Shown here piece after piece: positions 21,403 through 30,753 of a stretch of 37,492 nt of DNA (its first letter is position 1; the number at the start of each line of letters is the position of its first letter). The position numbers were made by a program, and so were the translations under genes. Source of the DNA: Promethearchaeota archaeon (GTDB taxonomy: Archaea > Asgardarchaeota > Lokiarchaeia > Sigyniarchaeales > SOKP01); assembly GCA_030599585.1 (NCBI GenBank), contig JAUVNS010000029.1, positions 1 through 37,492 of the forward strand, given 5' to 3'. Under the pieces are notes generated by a model, which was not told the DNA's origin, searched no databases, and saw nothing but the letters and a program-made list of their open reading frames with translations.

Positions 21403-22428
21403 TTATTTCTTCCATACGCGTTCCGTGTTACAAGGAACCGGTAAATCCTTCATAGTCAATAGCCCTGCATTTGCTTTTTTTACGATAGGAATTAAATTTA
21501 CCGTCATAGCAGAAGTACCCAAATCACCATGAACACCACCAATGATCTTTTGATAAATATTGGGGGTTCCTTTTATTTCGATACTATCGTATTCATCTTG
21601 ATCACCTGCGTACGCCTCGAAATCTAGGAGGACTATTACTTTACCATCTCTTTTAGCCCTAGCTTTGCTTTTTAATCCGCAAACATAACCTTTTGGTACT
21701 ACTTCTCCATAAGAAGTAGTAATTTCTGTTTCAGCAATCACTGCTTCAGGAGGATCTTCTGTTAAATCATCATATTCAAAACCTAAGGCATCACAAATCA
21801 TTTGTATTGATTCAGTTAATCCTACATGCCCAGTAATAATTTTATCGTCAATTTTTCGACGAAATTCTTCTGGTGCCAATCCCGTCCCGATCTTCTTCTG
21901 AAAGGGAACTCTTCTTTTAGCTGAATTCATCATTCTCGTTACCTTGATTGATTCAACGCTTTGACAAGGGGCTGTGACGACAATAGGCAATAAATCCATA
22001 AGATATCCTGGGTTAATACCAGTTCCAACGATCGTTACATTATTAGATTTTGCTAAAGAGTCCAATTCATCGGATAATTTTGGGTATTTCCTATAAGGGT
22101 ACGATAATTCTTCGCATATTGAGATAATATTGCTTCCAGAATTTGCCGCATGTCTGATAAGAGGCGCAACCTTTTCTAACGAAGAGGAAGTAGCTATTAT
22201 TACGACATCAATTTTGTTTTTTGCCAGAATAGGTACTAAGTCAGATTCTACAATAATATCAGTATTTTTTTCAAGATTTAAAATTTTACTAAGATTTAAT
22301 CCCTGAAGTTTAGGGTCAATATCAACAACGCCTTTAAAAGAGAGGTTTTCTCGTTTAAGAATAAGTTCCGCAACTATTCTTCCCATAGGTCCTAAACCCA
22401 CTTGCACTACATTAAATTTAGTCAACAT
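21403..22428 (-). CDS. 2,4-diaminopentanoate dehydrogenase (Ord)-like / DapB-N family oxidoreductase
   Basis: GLGPMG Rossmann motif, ATSS, SICEELSYP, GTGINPGYLMD, KKIGTG, GHVGL.ES, GGVHGD.GT.A..VN.IP...A..GL.TM.DLP. Confidence 0.8.
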   Translation of the reverse strand: MLTKFNVVQVGLGPMGRIVAELILKRENLSFKGVVDIDPKLQGLNLSKILNLEKNTDIIVESDLVPILAKNKIDVVIIATSSSLEKVAPLIRHAANSGSNIISICEELSYPYRKYPKLSDELDSLAKSNNVTIVGTGINPGYLMDLLPIVVTAPCQSVESIKVTRMMNSAKRRVPFQKKIGTGLAPEEFRRKIDDKIITGHVGLTESIQMICDALGFEYDDLTEDPPEAVIAETEITTSYGEVVPKGYVCGLKSKARAKRDGKVIVLLDFEAYAGDQDEYDSIEIKGTPNIYQKIIGGVHGDLGTSAMTVNLIPIVKKANAGLLTMKDLPVPCNTERVWKK

Positions 22429-22508
22429 AATAAATCAGAATAGATTAGCAAATAATTGGTAGTAAATAGTTTTTAGTATTTGGGCTTTTTTAAGACAATA
22501 CTAATATT

Positions 22509-23849
22509 TTACTTTATTGGAGAATTCGAAACGGAATGAGATATTTCTTTGAACACTTCAAGGATTTGAGACATATGTTCGTGAGTATTTACCATAGATA
22601 ATGCTCCCAGTCCATGTAAACCTGAGATTTTTCGGTTAAAAAGAGCTAATTGGAGCAATGCTTCTCTATTTTTATCTTTATATTCAATTATTTCCTTAAA
22701 TGAAGGGTTTTCAATCCATTTTGACATTATATGAAGCATAATCATTGATTTATGTCCTATTGCGAGCATTGGTAACTTTTCTTCATTAAAGAATTGGTTT
22801 AAAAGATTCCTCAAATTATCCCCTTCATCATTTATCCGAGAATAGTTTTGTTGAGATTCCCTTAACAAATTTAAAGTTTCTAGTCCTGCTATCATACTAA
22901 GAGGATAACCCGAAAAGGTACCTCCCCCAATCAAGACTTGATTTTCATTTTGTGGACTCGAACGTTCAATGATCTCGTTTTTCCCACCAATAGCACCTAT
23001 TGGTAGCCCTCCACCAATAATCTTTCCCATAGTAGTTAAATCAGGTAATATTTTTAATTCGTTCTGAAAGAGAGAGTCCCTAAAGCGATAGCCCGTAATT
23101 ACTTCGTCGAAAATAAGAAGAATACCCGCTTTTTCAGTTTCTTCACGTAATCTTGTTAAAAAATCGATATCAACGGGAAAACCCCCTCCGCCGCCTAATA
23201 GTGGTTCTAAAATTACAGCTGCTAAATCCGCTGAATTTTTTTTTATAATATCGAAAGCTTTATCGTTATTGATTTCAAAAGTAATAATTCCTGCGTCTTC
23301 TGCTTTCAATTGTCCTAAAGGAGCTTTTCCGTCTACTAAACCCCCAACATCATAGCATAACGTATCACTCGCTCCGTGCCATCCCATTACCGCTTTTGCT
23401 ACAAGTCTTCTTTTAGTATATGCTCGAGCTAGCCGTGTAGCATACATAGTAGCCTCAGTTCCACTGGTACAGAATCTAACTTTTTCAATACCCGGGTTAT
23501 CGTCAATCAATCTAGCTGCTAATTCAATTTGATATTTTGTATTTGTACCAAAATGCCAACCATACGATAAATGCTCTCTTATAACTTCTTGAATTTTAGG
23601 ATGATTGTGCCCCAAAATCATAGCAAAATGGCCGTTCCAAAAATCGAGATACTTATTTCCATCAATATCCGTAAGATAAGGCCCCATAGCCGACTTAATA
23701 ATAACGGGAAACCCACCAAGAGCAGTCAATCCAAAAGTTCGAATGTTATGCGATATACCCCCTGGTAGAACTTTGATGGCTGTTTCCCAGAGTTTTTTCG
23801 ATTTAGGTCTATTGCTTTGATATAGTTCAAGCTCTTCTTTAACGAACAT
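22509..23849 (-). CDS. Class III aminotransferase, HemL (glutamate-1-semialdehyde aminomutase)-like
   Basis: LPGG, DIDGNKYLD, ILGH.HP, SGTEATM.A.RLARAYT, LIFDEVITGYR, PDLTTMGKIIGGGLPIGA, GTFSG.P. SPVR and GCYHG of true HemL are altered (HNIR, MGWHG). Confidence 0.8.
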   Translation of the reverse strand: MFVKEELELYQSNRPKSKKLWETAIKVLPGGISHNIRTFGLTALGGFPVIIKSAMGPYLTDIDGNKYLDFWNGHFAMILGHNHPKIQEVIREHLSYGWHFGTNTKYQIELAARLIDDNPGIEKVRFCTSGTEATMYATRLARAYTKRRLVAKAVMGWHGASDTLCYDVGGLVDGKAPLGQLKAEDAGIITFEINNDKAFDIIKKNSADLAAVILEPLLGGGGGFPVDIDFLTRLREETEKAGILLIFDEVITGYRFRDSLFQNELKILPDLTTMGKIIGGGLPIGAIGGKNEIIERSSPQNENQVLIGGGTFSGYPLSMIAGLETLNLLRESQQNYSRINDEGDNLRNLLNQFFNEEKLPMLAIGHKSMIMLHIMSKWIENPSFKEIIEYKDKNREALLQLALFNRKISGLHGLGALSMVNTHEHMSQILEVFKEISHSVSNSPIK

Positions 23850-23962
23850 TTTCTTCTCATGAAGTTCAAATATTTTCAGTTTTTATGCTGATAAAATATG
23901 AAAATTAATGATTGTATTAAATTTTTTTAAATTATTACAAACCGTATCAGTGCTAGATATCC

Positions 23963-25351
23963 TTAGTTCTTAAATCCGCACTTAGGACAAGTAGAAATAC
24001 CTCTTAAAGTTAAACCACACATCTTACACAATTTAATAGTACTTCTTCTTGGGGGTTTCAGGGTAGTTATAGAAATCTTTTCTTTAGCTTGAGTGGAACC
24101 GTCTGATTCCCTTATTATTGTTTCAGTTGCTGATGGAAGCAGATTTCCTTTTAATTCATTTTTTTCAACGGCTATCTCCTGTCCAAAATACCCTCCAACT
24201 CTAACTTTTTTAGTGGGGAGAGATTCTTGTGGAATTTGGTTTAAACTTGGAGGGGTTTTAAGAGTTTCAGGATTTAATATTCCTTCGCCTATTGTTAATT
24301 TTTGGTCTCCTTCATCATAAGTAGTTTCATCGATAGTTTGGACTTCAGGAATATCCGTTTCAACTGCCCTGCTTATGATCTCTTCGTCCTCTATATCTTG
24401 TTCCACTTGCACTACTTCCTCCGCGTATTCTTCTTCATAAATCATTTCTACGTAATCTTCGTCGAGTTTTAAGAGTGTATCGCATTGAATGCATCTAAAT
24501 AGGTGTTTAAAACCTATATTATTTGATATTGAATAATCTGCAGCACAACACGTATGATATTTGGCATCACAATTAAAACACTTGTGAACTTCGTCGGAAT
24601 AAGCACTGCAAATGGGACATACTTCTTTTTCGCAAATGTCACATTTTTCTTCATCATCGGGATCAAGCGAAATCAAATCTACTGCTAATTTTTCGTAAAA
24701 GATTTTATCTTCATCAAGAATTTGATTATCTGATTCAGGATGAACCACATTAAATTCTGATCGATTTTGCATTAATGACGTGATTATGTTTAAAAAAGAT
24801 TTTCCTTCGTTACAATAAAGAACTCCCCCATGAGTTTCGCTCGTAACCACTTTCAATTTTACATCATCGTCGTAGAACTTTTGATCTCCTACGCGAATAA
24901 CATCAATAAATGTATCAAATTTCTTAGCTTTGAGTAGTAGATCGTAAAGAGCATTGTGATAATCGTCAGACAAGGTGCTAGGTGTGTCTGAAATTATTAT
25001 TATTCTATAATTTTTTCGAGCATCTCGACTTTTTCTAAAAATGTAAGCTAATATCTCGAATAACCCATTTTCAAATAAACTTCTCTCAGTTTCTCGAGTC
25101 TCCCATTTTTCTTCTAATACCTTTTCATACGATTCAAAATCATTTTCATCGTAAAGAGTCACAGGATTATCATCTTTTTGGAATATTAAGAGCCCATAGG
25201 AAGTTTGAGTGTTGAATTTAGCTTTTTCCTTCATGAAAGTAGTAATACTCTTAATAAGATTCTTTTTCTTTAAAAAATCTGTTACGAGATCAACATAAAA
25301 AATAAATTCTTCAGAATTCACTGACTTTTTCTTAAACATCTTATGTTCCAA
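23963..25351 (-). CDS. vWA-domain + PHD/RING-like zinc finger + C-terminal zinc ribbon protein (paralogue 2)
   Basis: N-terminal alpha/beta vWA-like region (FYVDL, YGLLIF, FENGL, RIIIISDTP, FIDVIRVG, SETHGG); CDIC-x4-CPIC-x9-CFNC-x4-HTCC...CIQC; acidic linker; CKMC-x8-CPKC at the C-terminus. Confidence 0.8.
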   Translation of the reverse strand: MEHKMFKKKSVNSEEFIFYVDLVTDFLKKKNLIKSITTFMKEKAKFNTQTSYGLLIFQKDDNPVTLYDENDFESYEKVLEEKWETRETERSLFENGLFEILAYIFRKSRDARKNYRIIIISDTPSTLSDDYHNALYDLLLKAKKFDTFIDVIRVGDQKFYDDDVKLKVVTSETHGGVLYCNEGKSFLNIITSLMQNRSEFNVVHPESDNQILDEDKIFYEKLAVDLISLDPDDEEKCDICEKEVCPICSAYSDEVHKCFNCDAKYHTCCAADYSISNNIGFKHLFRCIQCDTLLKLDEDYVEMIYEEEYAEEVVQVEQDIEDEEIISRAVETDIPEVQTIDETTYDEGDQKLTIGEGILNPETLKTPPSLNQIPQESLPTKKVRVGGYFGQEIAVEKNELKGNLLPSATETIIRESDGSTQAKEKISITTLKPPRRSTIKLCKMCGLTLRGISTCPKCGFKN

Positions 25352-25480
25352 GCGAAATATAAATTATATCCAAAATCAAAGTTAATTATATACACAATAA
25401 TAAGAGATTTTTTATTTATTTTTATTGATTACAATAAATATAAGAATTTTTAAATTGCTTAAAGAGAGTATAATTCGAAA

Positions 25481-26851
25481 TTAAGAATCAAGTTTGAATC
25501 CACAATAGGAACATGATTGTTTATCTATATCTTTCTCTTTTAATTGCCTTCCGCATCCAGGACAATTTATAAAAGTAGGTCTTTTTCGATTCTCAGAAGG
25601 GCTCCAGAATTTTGGAATTTCCGGTTTTTTAAGATTAAGTGGTGCTGTGGAATTGGTCTCTTTAACATCTGCGTGGTGAGAATTTTTATTGTTATTGAGA
25701 GAACTAACTTTTTCATACACTAGTTTATCACCTTCCTTTTTCATAGTGTACGTCTTTCCAAAAAACCCTCCAATCCTTACTTTTTGAGTACCTTGATTGG
25801 ATACTTCTGTACTTGTAGAAGCATCAACATCAATAGGTTCAGGTTCAGGTTCAGGAATACTAGCAACTTCATCTAGATCCATGCTTTCTTCTTCAGATTC
25901 TAAATATTCATCAATTGTTTCGACGGTATCCTCAAAAGGTGTTACAATTTCGTCTTGTCTAATTTTTAATAGAATTTCACATTTGGGACATCGAAAAATA
26001 TGAGGGATCCCAATATTATTCTGAATCGTATAATTAGTCACGCAACAATTATGAAATGCAGCTCCACATCCTTCACAAAGTTGCAAAGTATCGTTTATAT
26101 CGGCGCAACATGGGCATATTTCTTCTTGGCAAAGATGACATTTCAAACCAACATCATCGGTTTGCGAGGGTTTTAAACTCTTCGCTAAATTAGAATAAAA
26201 ATCGTAATCATCTTTGTGTATTTTAATTTTTTCTGATTTATCCACGAATAAATTAACAATTAGTTTTGTTTTGGTTAATTTCTTAATAATCGACAAAAAA
26301 TCTTTCTTTTCTGAGAGATAAAATATCCCTCCATTCGTGTCACTAGAGAGAATGTTTAATTTAACATCATCTTTAAAGAATCGTTCTTCTTTCTCTGAGA
26401 CTCGTATGATATCTATAAATGTTGGTATAACTTTTATTTTTGAAACTAAACCAAATAGTGCTTCTGTATAATCTTCAGATAGATCACTTGGTGTATCAGT
26501 AATTATGATTATTCTGTTATGCCTTGATTTTTTCTTTATGGACTCTGCGATATACGAGAAGATATAAAATAAACCGTTTTCAAAAAAGGATTGCTTTTTT
26601 GGGCGGGATTTCCAATTTTCTTCAATAGCATTTTCTATAATGCTAGAGTCTTTTTTATCAGTTATAAAAATTGGATTTCCTTCTTCTTGGAATATTAGTA
26701 AACCATAATGTCCTTTAATGTTGGTTTTGTTCTTCTCCGATATATAAAATTTTATGGCTTTGGAAACTTCCTTCTTCTTCAAAATGTCTTTAGCTAAATC
26801 TAAGTAGAAAAAAACATCTTCGTGCGGGCTCATAATGATTTTGAATAGCAA
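25481..26851 (-). CDS. vWA-domain + PHD/RING-like zinc finger + C-terminal zinc ribbon protein (paralogue 1)
   Basis: Collinear with the downstream gene: FYLDL, YGLLIFQ, FFENGLF, RIIIITDTPSDLS, FIDIIRV, SDTNGG; CHLC-x4-CPCC-x9-CEGC-x4-HNCC...CPKC; CPGC..CSYC tail. Start may be the ATG of MSPHED. Confidence 0.8.
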   Translation of the reverse strand: MLFKIIMSPHEDVFFYLDLAKDILKKKEVSKAIKFYISEKNKTNIKGHYGLLIFQEEGNPIFITDKKDSSIIENAIEENWKSRPKKQSFFENGLFYIFSYIAESIKKKSRHNRIIIITDTPSDLSEDYTEALFGLVSKIKVIPTFIDIIRVSEKEERFFKDDVKLNILSSDTNGGIFYLSEKKDFLSIIKKLTKTKLIVNLFVDKSEKIKIHKDDYDFYSNLAKSLKPSQTDDVGLKCHLCQEEICPCCADINDTLQLCEGCGAAFHNCCVTNYTIQNNIGIPHIFRCPKCEILLKIRQDEIVTPFEDTVETIDEYLESEEESMDLDEVASIPEPEPEPIDVDASTSTEVSNQGTQKVRIGGFFGKTYTMKKEGDKLVYEKVSSLNNNKNSHHADVKETNSTAPLNLKKPEIPKFWSPSENRKRPTFINCPGCGRQLKEKDIDKQSCSYCGFKLDS

Positions 26852-26928
26852 TAAGATATATATTTAGTGTAGAAAGTTATTCTTTAAATATTTTTTTTAT
26901 CTAAAAAACTTTAAAAAATAAATATTGA

Positions 26929-28950
26929 TTGTATATATTATTAAAAAGAAAAAGGAATGAGCTTAAAATGGAAGAATTTTTAAAAAACTTTCAACTTTCA
27001 GATAACGCTATTAAATTATATATTAAATGCCTTGGTCAACAGCCCTTATCATCGTCTGAACTCTATTCTTTTTTACCAAATATATCTCAAGAAGATTTTA
27101 ATAAAGTATTAGAAGACATCATTGATAACGGTTTATTTATTCCAAATTCCAATCAAAATCTAGGTATTTTGCAGTACTTAGCAATCCCGCCAATAAAACC
27201 TGTATTAAATTATTATGAAAACATAAACAATAATCTACCTAGCATTAAAAAACAATTACAAATTCTACTCTCAAAATCTTTAGCGACAATTTTCCAAGAT
27301 AATCAAATAATTGAATTGGATACGGTGTATGATGCAGCGCAAGAATTAAGAAAAGATGTGGAAGAAGATGTTATCATCCAGAAACAAGATATTGATGATA
27401 TTGTACAAGGAATGGAAAATTTAAAAGCTATAAAGGATGTATTGGAGAACTTACGTCAAACAATCAAGGGAGTAACTCAGACTCAATTTTCATCGTTAAT
27501 CAAACTAATTGCCAATATTAAAAATGATATTTATAGTAAAATTGAGAGTTTAGAGTTAAAAAAATCAGAGAAGGCTGTAAAAGAAATAGTAGAAGAAGCC
27601 TTTAAGGAAAATTTTAATAAATTGCTTGGAGATTTTACCGCCAACTTACACAAATTGATTGGAGACGAGTTTGCTAATACAATCGAGTCGCTTAACAATA
27701 TTCTTAATTCCACATTTCGATTTCGAGACGATTTTCAGATGGTATTACTTAACATGCTGTCTACAAATGAAAAAAAGATTAAAAAGATAATTGAACTGAT
27801 CACATCTAAGAAAAAGCTCTTAGAAAGTGACCTAAAGGAGTTCGAAAAAACAATAATAGATAATTTCACCGAAATAATAGGAAAATCCGTCGATTCGGTG
27901 TCATCACTAAACGAACCAATCAATAATACTTTAGATAGTTATTATAATATAATTAAAGAATCAATGGAGCAAGAATCCGATAACTTCTGGCAAATCAAAA
28001 ACATAATAAGAGCAAAAGAAGAAATAAAGAAGATTATTTCTCAATCTACTCAAAGCCTATTAGTAGTTGTTCCAAAATTAGAAGAAAATCTTTCATTCGA
28101 TGATTTTAAAGATAAATCAAGTACTACTAAAATTCAAATTGCTTCCTCAGAAGCTCATACAAATAGCCTCGTTAAAAAATATAAAGATCTAAAAATTTTT
28201 GAATATCGAAATCTTAAAAACGATAGTGTTATCATTTGTAAGGGGGACGATGATAGCCTTATAATTGGTATTATAGATATGGAATTAAAAAACTACTCAG
28301 ATAATTTTATTGGTTTTGCTTCAAAAAACAAATCACTAATAAAGTTGTTCCAATTTGTTGTTAAAGCGATATGGGATATTGGTAGCTCGAGTTTACAGGA
28401 AACCCCTAGAACTCTTAATATTACAGTCCCAAAAAAGGACAGCGTTTCAAAAACCTCAATAACCACAAAAGTATCTAAACCTGTTAGACCATCTCCGATA
28501 AAAACACCGATAAAAACTACTCCTACCCTGATAACTAAAAAACCAGTAATTAATCAAGTTAAAAAACAAAAAGCTATATCCTCGGAAGGTAAAATTGCTC
28601 ATTTAGCTGAAGAACTCAACAACAAAATCAAAGAACCTAAAAAAGCACGTGAATCTAGCCAAACACCAAAATTCACTGAAGAACCAAAGGAATTCGATGA
28701 ATCTGGCATTGTAATAAATAACGCGTTTAAGGATTTAATCAAAAAGCTACATAAGATTAAAGGTGATGAATTTAGTAAAGAAATGGCGATCATCGCAGAT
28801 TTAATTTTAGAGAAAAAAGGATTTAGTGTGACCCTTCACAAGATTAGAAGCAAAATCAACCAATATAAAAATCACATGAGTCATTTAAACGATGTAGATA
28901 TTAGTCACATTATTGAAAGTATTGAAGAATGGAAGGAACGCATCTTATAG
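26929..28950 (+). CDS. TrmB-like winged-HTH protein with long helical/coiled-coil insert and TrmB/PLD-like C-terminal domain
   Basis: FL..FQLS....KLY...L....LS..EL......S...F..VL..I...GL...YLAIPP (TrmB-type HTH); ~250 aa amphipathic helical region; EEIKKII..S.QSLLVVVP (TrmB effector/PLD-like start); K/T/P-rich linker; helical C-terminus. Likely ATG at 26968. Confidence 0.65.
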   Translation: MYILLKRKRNELKMEEFLKNFQLSDNAIKLYIKCLGQQPLSSSELYSFLPNISQEDFNKVLEDIIDNGLFIPNSNQNLGILQYLAIPPIKPVLNYYENINNNLPSIKKQLQILLSKSLATIFQDNQIIELDTVYDAAQELRKDVEEDVIIQKQDIDDIVQGMENLKAIKDVLENLRQTIKGVTQTQFSSLIKLIANIKNDIYSKIESLELKKSEKAVKEIVEEAFKENFNKLLGDFTANLHKLIGDEFANTIESLNNILNSTFRFRDDFQMVLLNMLSTNEKKIKKIIELITSKKKLLESDLKEFEKTIIDNFTEIIGKSVDSVSSLNEPINNTLDSYYNIIKESMEQESDNFWQIKNIIRAKEEIKKIISQSTQSLLVVVPKLEENLSFDDFKDKSSTTKIQIASSEAHTNSLVKKYKDLKIFEYRNLKNDSVIICKGDDDSLIIGIIDMELKNYSDNFIGFASKNKSLIKLFQFVVKAIWDIGSSSLQETPRTLNITVPKKDSVSKTSITTKVSKPVRPSPIKTPIKTTPTLITKKPVINQVKKQKAISSEGKIAHLAEELNNKIKEPKKARESSQTPKFTEEPKEFDESGIVINNAFKDLIKKLHKIKGDEFSKEMAIIADLILEKKGFSVTLHKIRSKINQYKNHMSHLNDVDISHIIESIEEWKERIL

Positions 28951-28990
28951 CTTGTATAAAATTAATCTTTTTAAAAAATTCTTGTAGCAA

Positions 28991-29776
28991 TTAATCTGAT
29001 TTTGTGTTTTTCCTTTTGGCTAGAAAGTTTATCAAAAAGGAGTGAAAGAGCGTCCAAACAAACAATATAAGAAATAATATCAAAAAAATAATTGCTACGG
29101 TCATTGATACAATAAAATTGGGATTCAATATACCAATGATGCCAAAAATCGGAGAGAGTGGAGCTAAAACAATAAAAACGTAATATACAATTTTCCCTTT
29201 TTCGCCAAATTTAATGTGCGTAGTTATATTTAACCAGCCAATGAAAATTAGTAGAAAGGGTACAAGGTAATAAGTTATATCCAAGAAAGGATAGGTTAAA
29301 CCACCCAATGCAAACGCGTAGAAATAATTTATATAGAAGAAACCTATCATTAAAAGACAACTTACAGGTGTGGGTACACCCGTATATCCAGGATCTTCGA
29401 GAATATTAAATCTAGCTAACCTTAACACTGCTCCTAAGGCGAAGCATATACATGCGATTATAAGGATAAAATCGTAGATTGTTCCAGTTTTGAACGCTTG
29501 AAAGGACAAGATTGCTGGAACAATACCGAACGTCAAAGAATCGCTTAAAGAATCTAATTCTCTGCCCATATCGTTTACAGTTCCCGTTTTTCTTGCGATA
29601 TATCCATCAATGAGATCGGTACCTAAAGTAATTGAGATTAGAAAGAAGCCTAAGGAAATAGCATCTCTCGTTCCAAATGAGCCACAAATTAGCGCAATAA
29701 TTCCTATCGTGGTCCCTATAAGCGTTACATAATCTTTAATTTTTAATAAACTTGGTATCGTTGTTTTTGTTGACAA
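28991..29776 (-). CDS. pssA: CDP-alcohol phosphatidyltransferase, archaetidylserine/phosphatidylserine synthase type
   Basis: DLIDGYIARK.....MGRELDSLSDSLTFGIVPA signature, LRLARFN, YTGVPTP; multiple TMs. Confidence 0.85.
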   Translation of the reverse strand: MSTKTTIPSLLKIKDYVTLIGTTIGIIALICGSFGTRDAISLGFFLISITLGTDLIDGYIARKTGTVNDMGRELDSLSDSLTFGIVPAILSFQAFKTGTIYDFILIIACICFALGAVLRLARFNILEDPGYTGVPTPVSCLLMIGFFYINYFYAFALGGLTYPFLDITYYLVPFLLIFIGWLNITTHIKFGEKGKIVYYVFIVLAPLSPIFGIIGILNPNFIVSMTVAIIFLILFLILFVWTLFHSFLINFLAKRKNTKSD

Positions 29777-29912
29777 TTTTTTCCCACTTCGTTATTATAC
29801 TATAATTAAAATCTTAGTTTAATTAAAACATTTCTTTATAATGCAAGTCGGGATTCCAACCTATCCTTACATTTATTAGACTAAGTTGATTATTGATGAT
29901 TAAAATAAAATA

Positions 29913-30704
29913 TTGAAAATTGTAAAAAAGGTTGATTTTGTGAGCTGTCCTAATTGTGGAGATCCGATTGACGAGAATCAAAAATTCTGCGAGAAATGTG
30001 GAGCAGAATTGAGATCGGTAAAAAAAACACCCGAAAAAGGTGAAAAAATTAGTTTAACCTCTTCTCCATCTCAAACACCCATAGGTAGTGCTAATTTGTT
30101 TGATATAAACCGGAATTATTACATAATTAAAGAACGCATGTGGGATATGGGATTTGGAGATATAATGGATGAGGAGGGAAAACTTATAGGGAAAATGCAT
30201 AGAATCCTTCTAAGCATAAGGAGAAGAGTTGAACTCCAAGAACTTGATGGCACCGTTGTTGCCACTATTCACAGTAAAATAGTTTCTGCCCGGGGTGCCC
30301 AAGATTTAAAAACCCCTGATGGAGAACTTATCGCCAGAATTAAAAAGAAAATATTAACATTCTTTAAGTCGAAATTCTTTTTGGAAGACCCTATGGGAAA
30401 TCGATGGTATGAAGCTGATGGAGACTTTTTTGGCTGGTCGTTTAAAATCTATGATGTAAATACTGGAAAATTAGTAGCAGAAATAGAAAAAGCCGACCGT
30501 TGGCGAGATGTCTTCTTAGGCGGAATTTTTGATTTTGCTGATAATTACGCCCTGAGAATTCTAGACAATGAGACCGACAGAAGGATATTAGTAGGATTCG
30601 TGTTATCAATTGATAATGTGATGCACGATTCGGGTGGAATGGGAGGTATGATGGGTGGAATGGGTCGCCGCCGTGGTCCTTTTGGAATGCCTCGTCGTAG
30701 ATAA
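29913..30704 (+). CDS. Zinc-ribbon + LURP-one/Tubby-C/scramblase-fold protein with GGM tail
   Basis: CPNCG-x7-FCEKCG; repeated I.D..G..(I/V)A.I.KK units; GDFFGWSFKI.D...VAEI.K; DNYALRI...D.RILVGFVLSID terminal helix. Confidence 0.78.
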   Translation: MKIVKKVDFVSCPNCGDPIDENQKFCEKCGAELRSVKKTPEKGEKISLTSSPSQTPIGSANLFDINRNYYIIKERMWDMGFGDIMDEEGKLIGKMHRILLSIRRRVELQELDGTVVATIHSKIVSARGAQDLKTPDGELIARIKKKILTFFKSKFFLEDPMGNRWYEADGDFFGWSFKIYDVNTGKLVAEIEKADRWRDVFLGGIFDFADNYALRILDNETDRRILVGFVLSIDNVMHDSGGMGGMMGGMGRRRGPFGMPRRR

Positions 30705-30753
30705 TGGTTTAAAAGTCTCTATATAAAAATAATTTCTATCTTTTTTTGAATTT

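Noticed and set aside
25835-25856. (AGGTTC)x3 microsatellite
   Set aside because: Simply encodes PEPEPEP in a disordered linker.
29847-29861. Minus-strand GGTTGGAATCCCGAC resembling a tRNA T-arm or att remnant
   Set aside because: Lacks the TTC core, and no cloverleaf or acceptor stem can be formed from the flanks.
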